Shown in pieces: positions 19,382 to 29,009 of a stretch of DNA of 64,000 nucleotides. The position numbers and the translations under genes are program-made. The notes under the pieces are model-generated. The model made no database searches. It saw nothing but the letters and a program-made list of their open reading frames with translations, and was not told the DNA's origin. Numbering within the stretch: position 1 is the stretch's first letter; each line of letters opens with the position of its first letter. This stretch comes from Aulosira sp. ZfuVER01 (GTDB lineage: Bacteria; Cyanobacteriota; Cyanobacteriia; Cyanobacteriales; Nostocaceae). The DNA lies in assembly GCA_034530615.2 (NCBI GenBank), contig JAVRCV020000083.1:32001-96000 (forward strand), written 5' to 3'.

Positions 19382-22300
19382 TTATAACTCTTGAACAAAT
19401 TCTGTCAAGAACCTGAAAGCTTTGAGAATATAACTAGCGCAATCTCTAGGAGAGGTGTTGTAAAAAGCTCGCCATGCACTCGCTTTATCTTCATCATAGC
19501 GATCGCCTCTTTCGGGATGTGCATCTAACCATGCTAGTCTGACTGCATGACCAATTAAGACATCCAAGACGATATATTCTTCAATTTGCAGGTTGGGATT
19601 ATTGGCTGCGATCGCAGATAATTCAATCAGAGCTTCAATATTCACTTGTCGGTATTCGGGAGCCTCAATTTTATTCAGCAGATGCTCAACTAATAAGGCA
19701 AAGTTCCTCTCTCCTGGTGTCATCTCTGACAACATCAATTCACTATCCAAACGATTGCGGCGTTCTAGCTTATCGCCAATCACCAAGCCTTTGCAATGCT
19801 TCATTAATTGCCAAACTTGTTGAAAAAAGTCTTTTGGTACACGTCCAGTTGCTCCTCCTGCTTGGCGTAATCGTCGCCAACCGCCTGGGGGAACTTCGAT
19901 TTCAGCTTCAATTGGTGGTGCGACTACCCAATCAATGTCACTTTCTTTTTGCTTGACATGGAGTGATTCTTGCTGACGTAAAAGGTTACTCATACCTGCG
20001 TATTCAGTTAAAACATTTTGCAACCGTGTTTTAACTTCAAAGGGTGAGAGTTGCATTACGTACTCATAAGCTTCATCTTGAGTCACCCGTAATTCTCTGG
20101 CTAGTTTGCTAGTAATTAACAGAATGAGATAGCCGACTTTCAGTGTCAGCAGTCCTTGAAATAATTCTGGTTCTGATCTAATCAGGACACCTAAATAGAT
20201 GATAATTTCTTGAGTGAGGACGCGATCGCGGATATCTTCACGACAAAAATGATTAATTTTCTCGGCAATTTCATTGTGAGACATCGGCACAGCAATTAAT
20301 GAATCTTCGCTGTAAGCTTTACCCACAGAAATTTGCTTACCCCGAACTACAATACTGGTGACGACATCTGACAAGCTAATATCCACCATCTGTCGCAACC
20401 CAGCAGCACGGCGGACTATTGCCCATAGTCCTAAATCCCCAGCTTTGGTATATACTTCATTGAGTAAATAGTCTACTGTTACAGCAGACTGAGGCCCGCC
20501 AAACCCTGTGTCAAACTCTAATCCCTGCAAGCGAGTCAAAGTCTGCAATAACTCAATTTGCTCGTAAATATTCTCTGATGCTCGTAAAGAAGATAGCAAT
20601 AATCCCAAGTTAGTTTCACATTCCATTTGGAATTCTTGGGTATGCTCTAATAGCCCATTTTTCCCTGGATGATATGCCAAATAATAGCAGTGGAGTGCTG
20701 CATTTTTGACTGCTGGTAGGGAAAATTCTTCATCTTGCAGAAAATCAATTCTTTGAATTCCAGCTGTCAGCATCAATTGATTTAATCTTCCTAACTTTAC
20801 CCGGACACCATTACAAACACCATCTTTTAGTTCTTGCATTAATTCTAATAATGCCTCAGAACCAATTTCTAGCATTGTATGGGTCAACATTAAAGTTAGG
20901 GTAGGACGACCCAAATCACTCCAATACTTTTGAATGTAAGCAAGTTCACCTCTAATTTGATCCAGCAAGAAATGATAATCAAGAGTTAAATAAAATTGCT
21001 GAGAATCTAAAAAAGAAGGCAAAAATACAACTGTTTGCTCGCGAATCCGAAAGATGCGCGATGTAGTCAAACTCCGCAATCTCCGCACTGGACGCCCTGT
21101 TACACCGAGTTTATCGTTGCGGCCAATTTGGGTATAAATAGCTGACAAATCCCCGGCTTTTCTAACTTGAATCGGTTCTAATTGCTTGGGTGTTTGCGTT
21201 TCAATTCCGTGAACTTCTAGTTTTTCTTGTAAATCTTCATCTTCTGCTACTAAGGCAATTTGTACTAGAGATTCTCTGGTTTTTCCCACACAAAGATGTC
21301 TTCCTAAAGGGTCAATATCACCAACTGCTAATAGCCCCTCATTTAACATTTGTCCGAGAAAATATAAACTTTGCGCCCACACTAGAGGCACATTTTCATT
21401 AGGTAAACGTGGTTGACTTTGGGGTGCTAACTTTTCTGCTTCGATGTTCTCTTCGGCAACATAATAAAGTTCTGGTAATAGCTGCAATCCATCGCGTTCT
21501 ACGAGTAATGATTCTAAAAGTTCTTGGTAATGTTGAGCTTGTTCTTTGTCATTACGGAACAACCCATCTAGTACCAAATAAGTGAAAAATAAAGGCCATT
21601 CACATTCAATATGCTCAAACTGCTTTAGTTCCCAAGGTTCGTAGTGTAAGCGTTGGGTATCTTCTAAAACAGTTTGGTGTCCATCCCGCAGGAAGCGTTT
21701 ACAGCCATATTTGCCTTGGAGTTTGTTAATAATGTCATTCCAAGTGCGCGATCGCAGTTTCTCATCTTCTACGGCAAAGGCTGGAAAACTAATAATACTC
21801 AATAATGCTGCATCTATTTCTTTGGAGCCAGATTCTCTCGGTAATAGAGATTCTAATGTAATGCGAGCGCGGGCAATTTCATCTGGTAGTACGTGAATCA
21901 CCGATGCTTGGCTCCCACGCACACCAAATAAATCCAGTCCGTTGATGGCTTCTAAAGCAGCTTTCGCCATACCTACAGAACTAGCATTTAACTCAGCATT
22001 ACCACGATTAATTTTGTTACCACGTTCCCAAATGCCGTAATCTGGTGTGCGATAAGCTCGTCCAATGTAGTAAACCAAATTTTGAACGAAATTTACTTCA
22101 TCAATGGTATAAATTATTTGCAATCCAGAAGCAGTCATTTGCGCCAACATCAACAAAAATATTGATGTGGCATCTAGTTGTAAATGTCCCCATTCATCAT
22201 CACCTACGACAATATCACCAGTAGCCGTGTTGTATTTAGCGTGTAACCCATCTAATGGTGACTGAGTATGTTTAAATTGTTCGACTTTATTAGCTTGTCG

Positions 22301-22585
22301 CATCATTGCAAACAGCAATCCACGCATCAGCTTGATCGCGCTATGTTCTAATTCATAGGTGTATCCTTTGTTTTCATCAATTTTGCGGTATGCAAGTGCT
22401 AAACCCCAAACTGGCAAAATGCTATAAACGTTATCTCTCACCCAAGCGTCTGTATAATCGCCGTGGGCCGTTATAGCCGTACTCGCAGGTAACAAACCAG
22501 TAATCGGATTCTGACGGCTGAGAATAATTGTCCTGATTTGCTGATAGTAATTTTCTAGGCGAGCATACAATTTGGTAGTGTCCAT
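19382..22585 (-). CDS. Glycoside hydrolase family 15 / phosphorylase kinase alpha-beta-like protein
   Basis: ILSRQNPITGLLPAS, DAWVRDNVYS, WGHLQLDA, PDYGIWERG, KRFLRDG and ECEWPLF motifs. The likely ATG is at 22585. Confidence 0.85.
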   Translation of the reverse strand: MDTTKLYARLENYYQQIRTIILSRQNPITGLLPASTAITAHGDYTDAWVRDNVYSILPVWGLALAYRKIDENKGYTYELEHSAIKLMRGLLFAMMRQANKVEQFKHTQSPLDGLHAKYNTATGDIVVGDDEWGHLQLDATSIFLLMLAQMTASGLQIIYTIDEVNFVQNLVYYIGRAYRTPDYGIWERGNKINRGNAELNASSVGMAKAALEAINGLDLFGVRGSQASVIHVLPDEIARARITLESLLPRESGSKEIDAALLSIISFPAFAVEDEKLRSRTWNDIINKLQGKYGCKRFLRDGHQTVLEDTQRLHYEPWELKQFEHIECEWPLFFTYLVLDGLFRNDKEQAQHYQELLESLLVERDGLQLLPELYYVAEENIEAEKLAPQSQPRLPNENVPLVWAQSLYFLGQMLNEGLLAVGDIDPLGRHLCVGKTRESLVQIALVAEDEDLQEKLEVHGIETQTPKQLEPIQVRKAGDLSAIYTQIGRNDKLGVTGRPVRRLRSLTTSRIFRIREQTVVFLPSFLDSQQFYLTLDYHFLLDQIRGELAYIQKYWSDLGRPTLTLMLTHTMLEIGSEALLELMQELKDGVCNGVRVKLGRLNQLMLTAGIQRIDFLQDEEFSLPAVKNAALHCYYLAYHPGKNGLLEHTQEFQMECETNLGLLLSSLRASENIYEQIELLQTLTRLQGLEFDTGFGGPQSAVTVDYLLNEVYTKAGDLGLWAIVRRAAGLRQMVDISLSDVVTSIVVRGKQISVGKAYSEDSLIAVPMSHNEIAEKINHFCREDIRDRVLTQEIIIYLGVLIRSEPELFQGLLTLKVGYLILLITSKLARELRVTQDEAYEYVMQLSPFEVKTRLQNVLTEYAGMSNLLRQQESLHVKQKESDIDWVVAPPIEAEIEVPPGGWRRLRQAGGATGRVPKDFFQQVWQLMKHCKGLVIGDKLERRNRLDSELMLSEMTPGERNFALLVEHLLNKIEAPEYRQVNIEALIELSAIAANNPNLQIEEYIVLDVLIGHAVRLAWLDAHPERGDRYDEDKASAWRAFYNTSPRDCASYILKAFRFLTEFVQEL

Positions 22586-22753
22586 GATTTTTTTGCTGCA
22601 ACTTGCGGAAATTGACCCTGTAGCTGTGAAGTTAAAGATGTCAGCCAAGCCAGAACTTATTCTGCGATCGGCAATAGTATTACAGATGAGGGCGGTATAG
22701 GTTTATTATTATCTCCTGTTCTTAGCCTCCTGGTTGCAAAATTATTCATGAAC

Positions 22754-22861
22754 TAAGTAGATTGGCGTAAATATTTATAGCGAGCATAAAGAAAGTAGGA
22801 TTCATAAGATACACGAGAGTTATATTCACAGAAACTACATTTATTTACGTCTTTCTACTTA
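22754..22861. repeat. MITE-like element with AAGTAG...CTACTT ends
   Basis: taagtagattggcgtaaata ... tatttacgtctttctactta. Confidence 0.6.
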
Positions 22862-23056
22862 ATAGCCAACATAAAAATTTGTTGTAATCTTTATCTTTAA
22901 CAGACCAGGGAACATCTAACTTTAAAATGTTTTCAATAATTCTAAAGTAGGATAAATAATCATTCAAAAGAAGCAAACCTACTCAAGAATAAATTGAGTA
23001 GATTATGGATAAGACAACCTCTTAACATCAAAAATTCATAGAGAGGATAAGTAATT

Positions 23057-23191
23057 ATGTCTGTACGTTATAACCAAAATCATGCTCCCTTAGTGAAAGT
23101 AGTTTACTCCCAAGTAAAAGTTAATGGCAAAATCGAGTTAGTACCATTAGAGCTATATGCTGATGGTTCGCTAAAGCGAGTTACAGGATGA
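23057..23191 (+). CDS. Small protein, 44 aa (absent from the ORF track)
   Basis: MSVRYNQNHAPLVKVVYSQVKVNGKIELVPLELYADGSLKRVTG*, with GAGAGGA at 23041-23047 upstream. Confidence 0.6.
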   Translation: MSVRYNQNHAPLVKVVYSQVKVNGKIELVPLELYADGSLKRVTG

Positions 23192-23907
23192 GAGTTAACA
23201 TTTATTGTGAGAATTAGGTATTAAGTAGGGGATATTAGGCAATATTTTCCAAGTATTCAGCGAGTCTAATTCGCTACTATACAATTTAAGTCGGCTTTGA
23301 AGTTAGGAAAAATCACCCTCCATATCACTTCTGTGGGTGCATTCTACTATAAAATCTGAATTTCAAACTTTATCCTGTAGGATTAGGATGTGTGCAAAAT
23401 CAATCACTACTTCTAGTCGTCTAGGAATGTATTTAATGAGACTTATAAAAAATCATTTAATACTAATTCCTTGAATTCTAGGTAAAAATTGTTATTTCCT
23501 GGTTCCCTACTGCCTATTTGAAGCAATTCATTAATTCTTCTATATTCCACTTTTAATAATGATACGGGTAAGGGTTTAGCAGTGCTAAACCCCTGCGAAA
23601 AATCTATATGTATCAGGATTTTCACAAATTGGTATGACTGATTTTTGAAACAATGACCGCTTAATATAGTTGTGATTGCGTAGGCGATTAGCCTTCCCGA
23701 AGGGTACGCAGCGATCGCAGAGTGAACCAATCTCAAATCTTGTCTTGCGATTGTTACCCTGCGGTAATGCTCTGCGAACGTGTCTGCGTTACACTTGCAA
23801 TGACATATCACAGGTTATTTGCTGAACATGATATCAAATATGAAGTGTATATATAGGTTTAAACTAGAGAATACGCTTTTATAGTTGCTGACGCGCCTGA
23901 ACTAAAC

Positions 23908-24288
23908 ATGAAACTGGTGGAATTATCCCAGGAAACGTTAGAAAAAATTAAGTCTGTGCGATGGGATAGAACCATCGAAAAACATGAAGGGCCAGAAGAT
24001 TGGTCTGCGGTTCTGCGGTGCTCTAAGCCAGAATTTATCATGGTTGAAGGACATCCCGTGCTTTTACCTGTAGACAAGTCCCATCACGCCAATATTACAA
24101 TTATCCGAGCGATTTTTAGTATTGATGGTAAGTCCTTAACTCTGTTTCTCAAGGACACAACTTTTGATGATGACCCTTTTTTTTCAGGCTTTGTGGCAGT
24201 TTGCGATCGCGTGGTCGGTGAAGATTTCTTTGTAGCAATTTTATACCACGAATGGTTTGTAATTGAGCGATCGCCCGTTTTAGAATAA
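23908..24288 (+). CDS. Hypothetical protein
   Basis: 126-aa ATG ORF with globular composition and no recognised motif. Confidence 0.7.
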   Translation: MKLVELSQETLEKIKSVRWDRTIEKHEGPEDWSAVLRCSKPEFIMVEGHPVLLPVDKSHHANITIIRAIFSIDGKSLTLFLKDTTFDDDPFFSGFVAVCDRVVGEDFFVAILYHEWFVIERSPVLE

Positions 24289-24341
24289 ATCTTGAGTTCT
24301 CGCACTAGTTTACTGAGTGTCAGTTGTGCTTGGGGAAGATA

Positions 24342-24737
24342 ATGAGCCAAGATTCCGAAAATACTTTAAAAGTTGCCCAGCAGGGATTTGAATATTTTAC
24401 GCATGGTTTAGCAACAGGCGAATGGCAAGAATTTCTAGATATGCTTACAGAAGATTTTACCTTTTGGTTTCCCATAGGTAAATTTCAAGGTTGGAATGAA
24501 GGGAAAGAACGAGCTAAAGAGTTTTTTCAGTATGTTACTGTATGTTTTAATCCTGGTATAAAACTGACTTCCCTAGACCGAGTTACTAGTAACGAAACGA
24601 CCGTTGTCTTTCAGTTTCGGGATGAAGGACTGTTACTAGGACAACCTTATCAAAATCGGGTAGCAGTTTCCTTTAATGTGCGTGGCGACAAAATTTGCGC
24701 CTATCGGGAATACTTTGGTAGCGATGGTAAACCTTAA
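24342..24737 (+). CDS. NTF2/SnoaL-like (ketosteroid isomerase-like) protein
   Basis: FLDMLTEDFTFW...YQNRVAVSFNVRGDKICAYREYF pattern. Confidence 0.8.
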   Translation: MSQDSENTLKVAQQGFEYFTHGLATGEWQEFLDMLTEDFTFWFPIGKFQGWNEGKERAKEFFQYVTVCFNPGIKLTSLDRVTSNETTVVFQFRDEGLLLGQPYQNRVAVSFNVRGDKICAYREYFGSDGKP

Positions 24738-25198
24738 TTATTCTCCAGATTTGGTTGATTAATTTCTTTGCTTTTAGCCTCTGCGGCTTGATACGCATCT
24801 AAGTAATTTTGGCCACCCAACATCACATCACCATAATACTCATAAGGTGCGTCGCCATAGATTGGTAAGGGGTCATCTTCGGGATAATCTTCTTTGGATT
24901 CTTCGATAATTGCTTTTAGTTGCTTGACAGTGAAGCTTTCTGCTGGATAGTAGTAAAGCTGCTGAGTATTCTTTTGCAGATGTGGTAGGTTGGGATCGAC
25001 AATAGACTCGTCTAATTCAATCCAAGCGTGTTCAACAGGTCGGTATGGCTGACCAGGAAAAACTAAAAATCCCTGGACATACTTTGCTTTCTCTGTCGCC
25101 AGTGCTGCTTTATAAGCATTATCAAAGGTTTTTTTGGCTTTGCTTTTGATGCGTTGAGAAATTTCAACCGAAAGCGCTTCATCCAATGGTTTATTCAT
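24734..25198 (-). CDS. Hypothetical protein
   Basis: Long ORF with a YVQGF..P.EHAWIE...DP motif. Its stop codon overlaps that of the convergent gene. Confidence 0.7.
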   Translation of the reverse strand: MNKPLDEALSVEISQRIKSKAKKTFDNAYKAALATEKAKYVQGFLVFPGQPYRPVEHAWIELDESIVDPNLPHLQKNTQQLYYYPAESFTVKQLKAIIEESKEDYPEDDPLPIYGDAPYEYYGDVMLGGQNYLDAYQAAEAKSKEINQPNLENN

Positions 25199-25533
25199 CG
25201 ATGGCAATGAGTCAAGCAGCTACTCCAACATCCTACCACTCGTAGGGATTTGAGTTGCTACAGTTGCATAATTAAACCCTTTGTTATCGACTAATTTCTC
25301 TGTTTTGCTTTCTCTGTAGCCACTTCAGGCTTAACGTTTCCGTGTTTCGTGTAGTCTGTAGCAACTTCCGTTAATTATTTCATTAAGCATATTGCCCTCC
25401 TATAATTCTCTTCTGGAGGGGATTTTATTACTTAAATTACCTCTTGCGATCGCCTGAATATATTACTAACAACTTGGGTTACTATTTTGGGTTACGATAT
25501 TTCATTACTTCACAAAATTGTCCTGCTCCCACC

Positions 25534-28500
25534 TCATTTTAAATTAGTATTATCAGCTTTGTAATCGTTGATAAATAAGCGTAGTTGTTTTTCCTGAAAA
25601 TTTCTAGCCAATTCACCGACTCGTTCCGCAAAGGGAATATATTTTGCATCTAAATCTTTTAAACGTTCAACTTGTTGAGTGACAGCTTTTAGATTACCTC
25701 TCATTACCAAATCATATAAAATTACAATTTCTTCATCGGGTGGCGGCACTAAATCATAAGTATTATCTAATGGCACGGATTGATTTACCTTTTTATCAAG
25801 GTGAGATGACTGTTGATATACCCAAGATATCCCTAAATGTTTTTGTAGCAATCCAAATAATTCAGCAGCCTGTACGGGTTTGGGTAAAAAAGCATTTGCA
25901 CCAACATCCAGACTTTTATGCTGGTCAGCTTCAAAGACACTGGCTGAAGAAACAATAATGACTAAATCTTTAAATTGAGATTGAGAGCGAAGAAGGCTTA
26001 CTAACTCAAAACCGCTCATACCAGGCATGACTAAATCAGTGATAATAGCATGAAATTGGCAAGAATTAATTTGTGTTAAAGCTTCCTGAGCATTAGCAGC
26101 TTCTAAAACTTCAAAACCCAAGGGTGCTAACAAATTAACCAGCACAGCTCGATTTTTCCAACGATCGTCGATTACGAGAATTTTCAGTTTAACTCCCTGA
26201 TAGCCAGCAATCGCTGATTGTGGCTCAATTAACGATTCCCATTCACTCGCAGACGACAAGTCTATCTCAAACCAAAACTGGCTGCCACTATTTAATTGAC
26301 TGTTAACTCGAATATTACCACCCATCATTTCGACAATTTTTAAGCTAATTGCCAATCCCAAACCCGTTCCTTCTGCCATCTTCTCGGTATGGCCTACCTG
26401 TACAAAAGGCTGAAAAATTTTCTGCATTTGCTCTTCACCAATGCCAACTCCGGTATCTTCAATTTGAAAGCGGATAGTGTTGATCGTGTTCAATAGCTGA
26501 GGGCTGGGTTCTAAACTTACTGATTTTATGAGTTGAACGTTAAAAGTAACACCCCCGCGATCAGTAAATTTGACTGCATTACCCAAGAGATTTATTAGCA
26601 CTTGTCTTAAGCGTTTTTCGTCTGCTTGGACGTTAGTGGGCAAAGAAGGATCAAATTGGCAAGTAAAACTGATGGCTTTTTGTTTGGCTTTGAGGTGAAA
26701 TATTTGGCTAACTTCCTCTAAAAATGCCCAAAAGTGAAATTGTTTGGCGTTAATTTCTATTTTCCTGGCTTCGATTTTAGAAAAATCGAGAATGTCGTTA
26801 ATCAAAGTGAGCAAATGAGAACCACATTGATGAATTATTTCCACACTGCTCAAATCTGGAGAGCTTAGATTTTTTGAGCTTGTCAGGATTTGAGCGTAGC
26901 CTAGGATTCCGTTAAGGGGTGTGCGAAGTTCATGGCTCATATTTGCCAAAAATTCGCTTTTGGCTTTGTTAGCAGCATCGGCAGCTTCCTTGGCTACTTG
27001 CAATTCTATTTCTGCTTGTTTGCGATCTGTAAGATCCGTGTGAGAACCGACCAAACGTAGGGGTTGGTTTTCTACATCCCGCTCCACAACCCGACCTCGC
27101 GATAGTATCCACCTGTAGCGACCGTTTTTGTGTCGCATCCGAAATTCCCAACTGTAAGGTTCGTTACTTCCACTGTTTAAATACTCTTCTAAAGAGTCTA
27201 ATACTGGGTGCAAATCATCAGGGTGAACTAGTGTTTCCCAAGAGCTAAATAGGTTGGGAATTTCGCTGTCTTGATAACCCAGCATAGCTTTCCATTGGGG
27301 TGAAAAATAGATGGAGTTGGTTTTAATATGCCAATCCCAGATCCCCTCATTAACACTTTCTAGAGTTAATTGATATCTCAGTTCGCTTTCTTGGAGTATT
27401 TCTTGTATTTGTTGGCGATCTCGTATTTCTTGCTTTAAGGCTTGAGTTCTTTCTGATACTTTTTCTTCTAAGGAGCGTGAGTAATCTTCTAATTGTTCAT
27501 AAGATTGCTTGAGTTGCTGACTCATGAGATTGAAAGAAGTAGCTAAGGCACTTACTTCTTTAATGGAAGAAGTGGTTGCTGTTTGCTCAAATTTACCATC
27601 AGCGATCGCCCTTGCAGCTACACCCAAACGCCCAATAGGTAGAGCTATCCGCTGAAAAATGAAAATTCCCGAAGCAGTTGCCAAAAATAGCGCTAAAAGA
27701 CACAATAAAATCGTTATCTGTCTGCTCGCATTAATTTGTTCCATAAAATCATTTTCTGGAACGGCAATAATAATTAACCAATCAATATCTTTACTGTCTT
27801 TAAAAGGCACAATTTGTACGAATTTTTTTTGCCCATTAAGTAAAAATTCTAATTGTTGAGAATTTTGAATAGAATTGAGATTTTTAAATCGCTCTATTAA
27901 ATATTTGGCAGTAGCTTTGGTTAAAACATCTTTACTATCTGTGGCTAGAAATCTTTGCTTATTTCGGTATGGTTTTTCTGATGTGGAAGTAGCCACCAAC
28001 ATTCCATTTTGTTCAATAATAAAAGTCTGTCCAGTTTTGCCAATTTTTAAAGTTTGCAAAAACTTCCCAATCAGGGATAACCGTAGGGTTGTTAACAAGA
28101 CACCAAGAACTTTTCCATTTTTATCAAAAACAGGCTGGCTTGCCGTCATTAGAGGTGTAGGAATAAGCTCACCAAAATAAATTTTACTCCAAGTTTGTTT
28201 GCCAGTTTTTATGCTCTGTTTGTAAGTTTTAAGTTTTCGCAGATCGAAATTTTCAACTACTTTAATTAATTTGAGTCTTTCTCCTTGACTACCAGCAAAA
28301 TACATAGATATTTGATTCGGCTTGGTATTACTTGATGCTTGAATTACTAGCTTTCCTTGACCGTTACTATGAATAGCTATACCTTTACCTTTTTCATTGA
28401 TCGCTACTATGCCATCTACAGTATTAAAACGATGTTTTTGTTGCCAAATATAACGCTCCCATGCTGTCAGGTCTTCCATGCTCAATTGACCCAGACTTAC

Positions 28501-28740
28501 TGCATCAGCATTAATTTGATTAACTAAATGAGGTGTAGCAAGATAGGTATGCAAATTTTGCTCAATTCTTATGGCGATTTCGTCACGCAGTTGTGTTGCA
28601 ACATTATTAACTGCTTTCTGTCCATTTTGTAAAGAAAAATATCCTGTTAATCCCACTGCTGCAAAGATTTGTAAAACAAAAGGAAGAATTAAGGCATTAC
28701 GTAACGGAATTTTCCGGGATATGGAAACATTTGTACACAT
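25534..28740 (-). CDS. Hybrid sensor histidine kinase (Cache-like, HAMP, PAS, HisKA, HATPase, REC)
   Basis: FLANMSHELRTPLN, RQVLINLLGNAVKFT, GTGLGL, PAS (GIWDW...VHPDD) and REC (VIDD...ITDLVMP...KP) motifs. Confidence 0.93.
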   Translation of the reverse strand: MCTNVSISRKIPLRNALILPFVLQIFAAVGLTGYFSLQNGQKAVNNVATQLRDEIAIRIEQNLHTYLATPHLVNQINADAVSLGQLSMEDLTAWERYIWQQKHRFNTVDGIVAINEKGKGIAIHSNGQGKLVIQASSNTKPNQISMYFAGSQGERLKLIKVVENFDLRKLKTYKQSIKTGKQTWSKIYFGELIPTPLMTASQPVFDKNGKVLGVLLTTLRLSLIGKFLQTLKIGKTGQTFIIEQNGMLVATSTSEKPYRNKQRFLATDSKDVLTKATAKYLIERFKNLNSIQNSQQLEFLLNGQKKFVQIVPFKDSKDIDWLIIIAVPENDFMEQINASRQITILLCLLALFLATASGIFIFQRIALPIGRLGVAARAIADGKFEQTATTSSIKEVSALATSFNLMSQQLKQSYEQLEDYSRSLEEKVSERTQALKQEIRDRQQIQEILQESELRYQLTLESVNEGIWDWHIKTNSIYFSPQWKAMLGYQDSEIPNLFSSWETLVHPDDLHPVLDSLEEYLNSGSNEPYSWEFRMRHKNGRYRWILSRGRVVERDVENQPLRLVGSHTDLTDRKQAEIELQVAKEAADAANKAKSEFLANMSHELRTPLNGILGYAQILTSSKNLSSPDLSSVEIIHQCGSHLLTLINDILDFSKIEARKIEINAKQFHFWAFLEEVSQIFHLKAKQKAISFTCQFDPSLPTNVQADEKRLRQVLINLLGNAVKFTDRGGVTFNVQLIKSVSLEPSPQLLNTINTIRFQIEDTGVGIGEEQMQKIFQPFVQVGHTEKMAEGTGLGLAISLKIVEMMGGNIRVNSQLNSGSQFWFEIDLSSASEWESLIEPQSAIAGYQGVKLKILVIDDRWKNRAVLVNLLAPLGFEVLEAANAQEALTQINSCQFHAIITDLVMPGMSGFELVSLLRSQSQFKDLVIIVSSASVFEADQHKSLDVGANAFLPKPVQAAELFGLLQKHLGISWVYQQSSHLDKKVNQSVPLDNTYDLVPPPDEEIVILYDLVMRGNLKAVTQQVERLKDLDAKYIPFAERVGELARNFQEKQLRLFINDYKADNTNLK

Positions 28741-29009
28741 AAATTTTTGGGAAAAATATATTTCTTTATAGCCTAAAACAATAAACCATTGCTGATTATC
28801 CTCATGTCAACTATGATAGTCTTTGCAGTTATGTTAAAAATAAAATACTAAAGATAATAATACGTAGTTTTGGTTGGGTTCTACTGTATATCTTTGAGGA
28901 AGTTTTACAGAATTATATCTCTTTGCATAATGGATAGATAGTTGCTAAAAAGCGCAGATTAATTATTATTTTAGCTGTTTAAAATCATTATATTTTATGA
29001 ACAAAAGCT

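Noticed and set aside
23443..23811. 122-aa minus-strand ORF
   Set aside because: It crosses small dispersed repeats and shows no protein-like motif.
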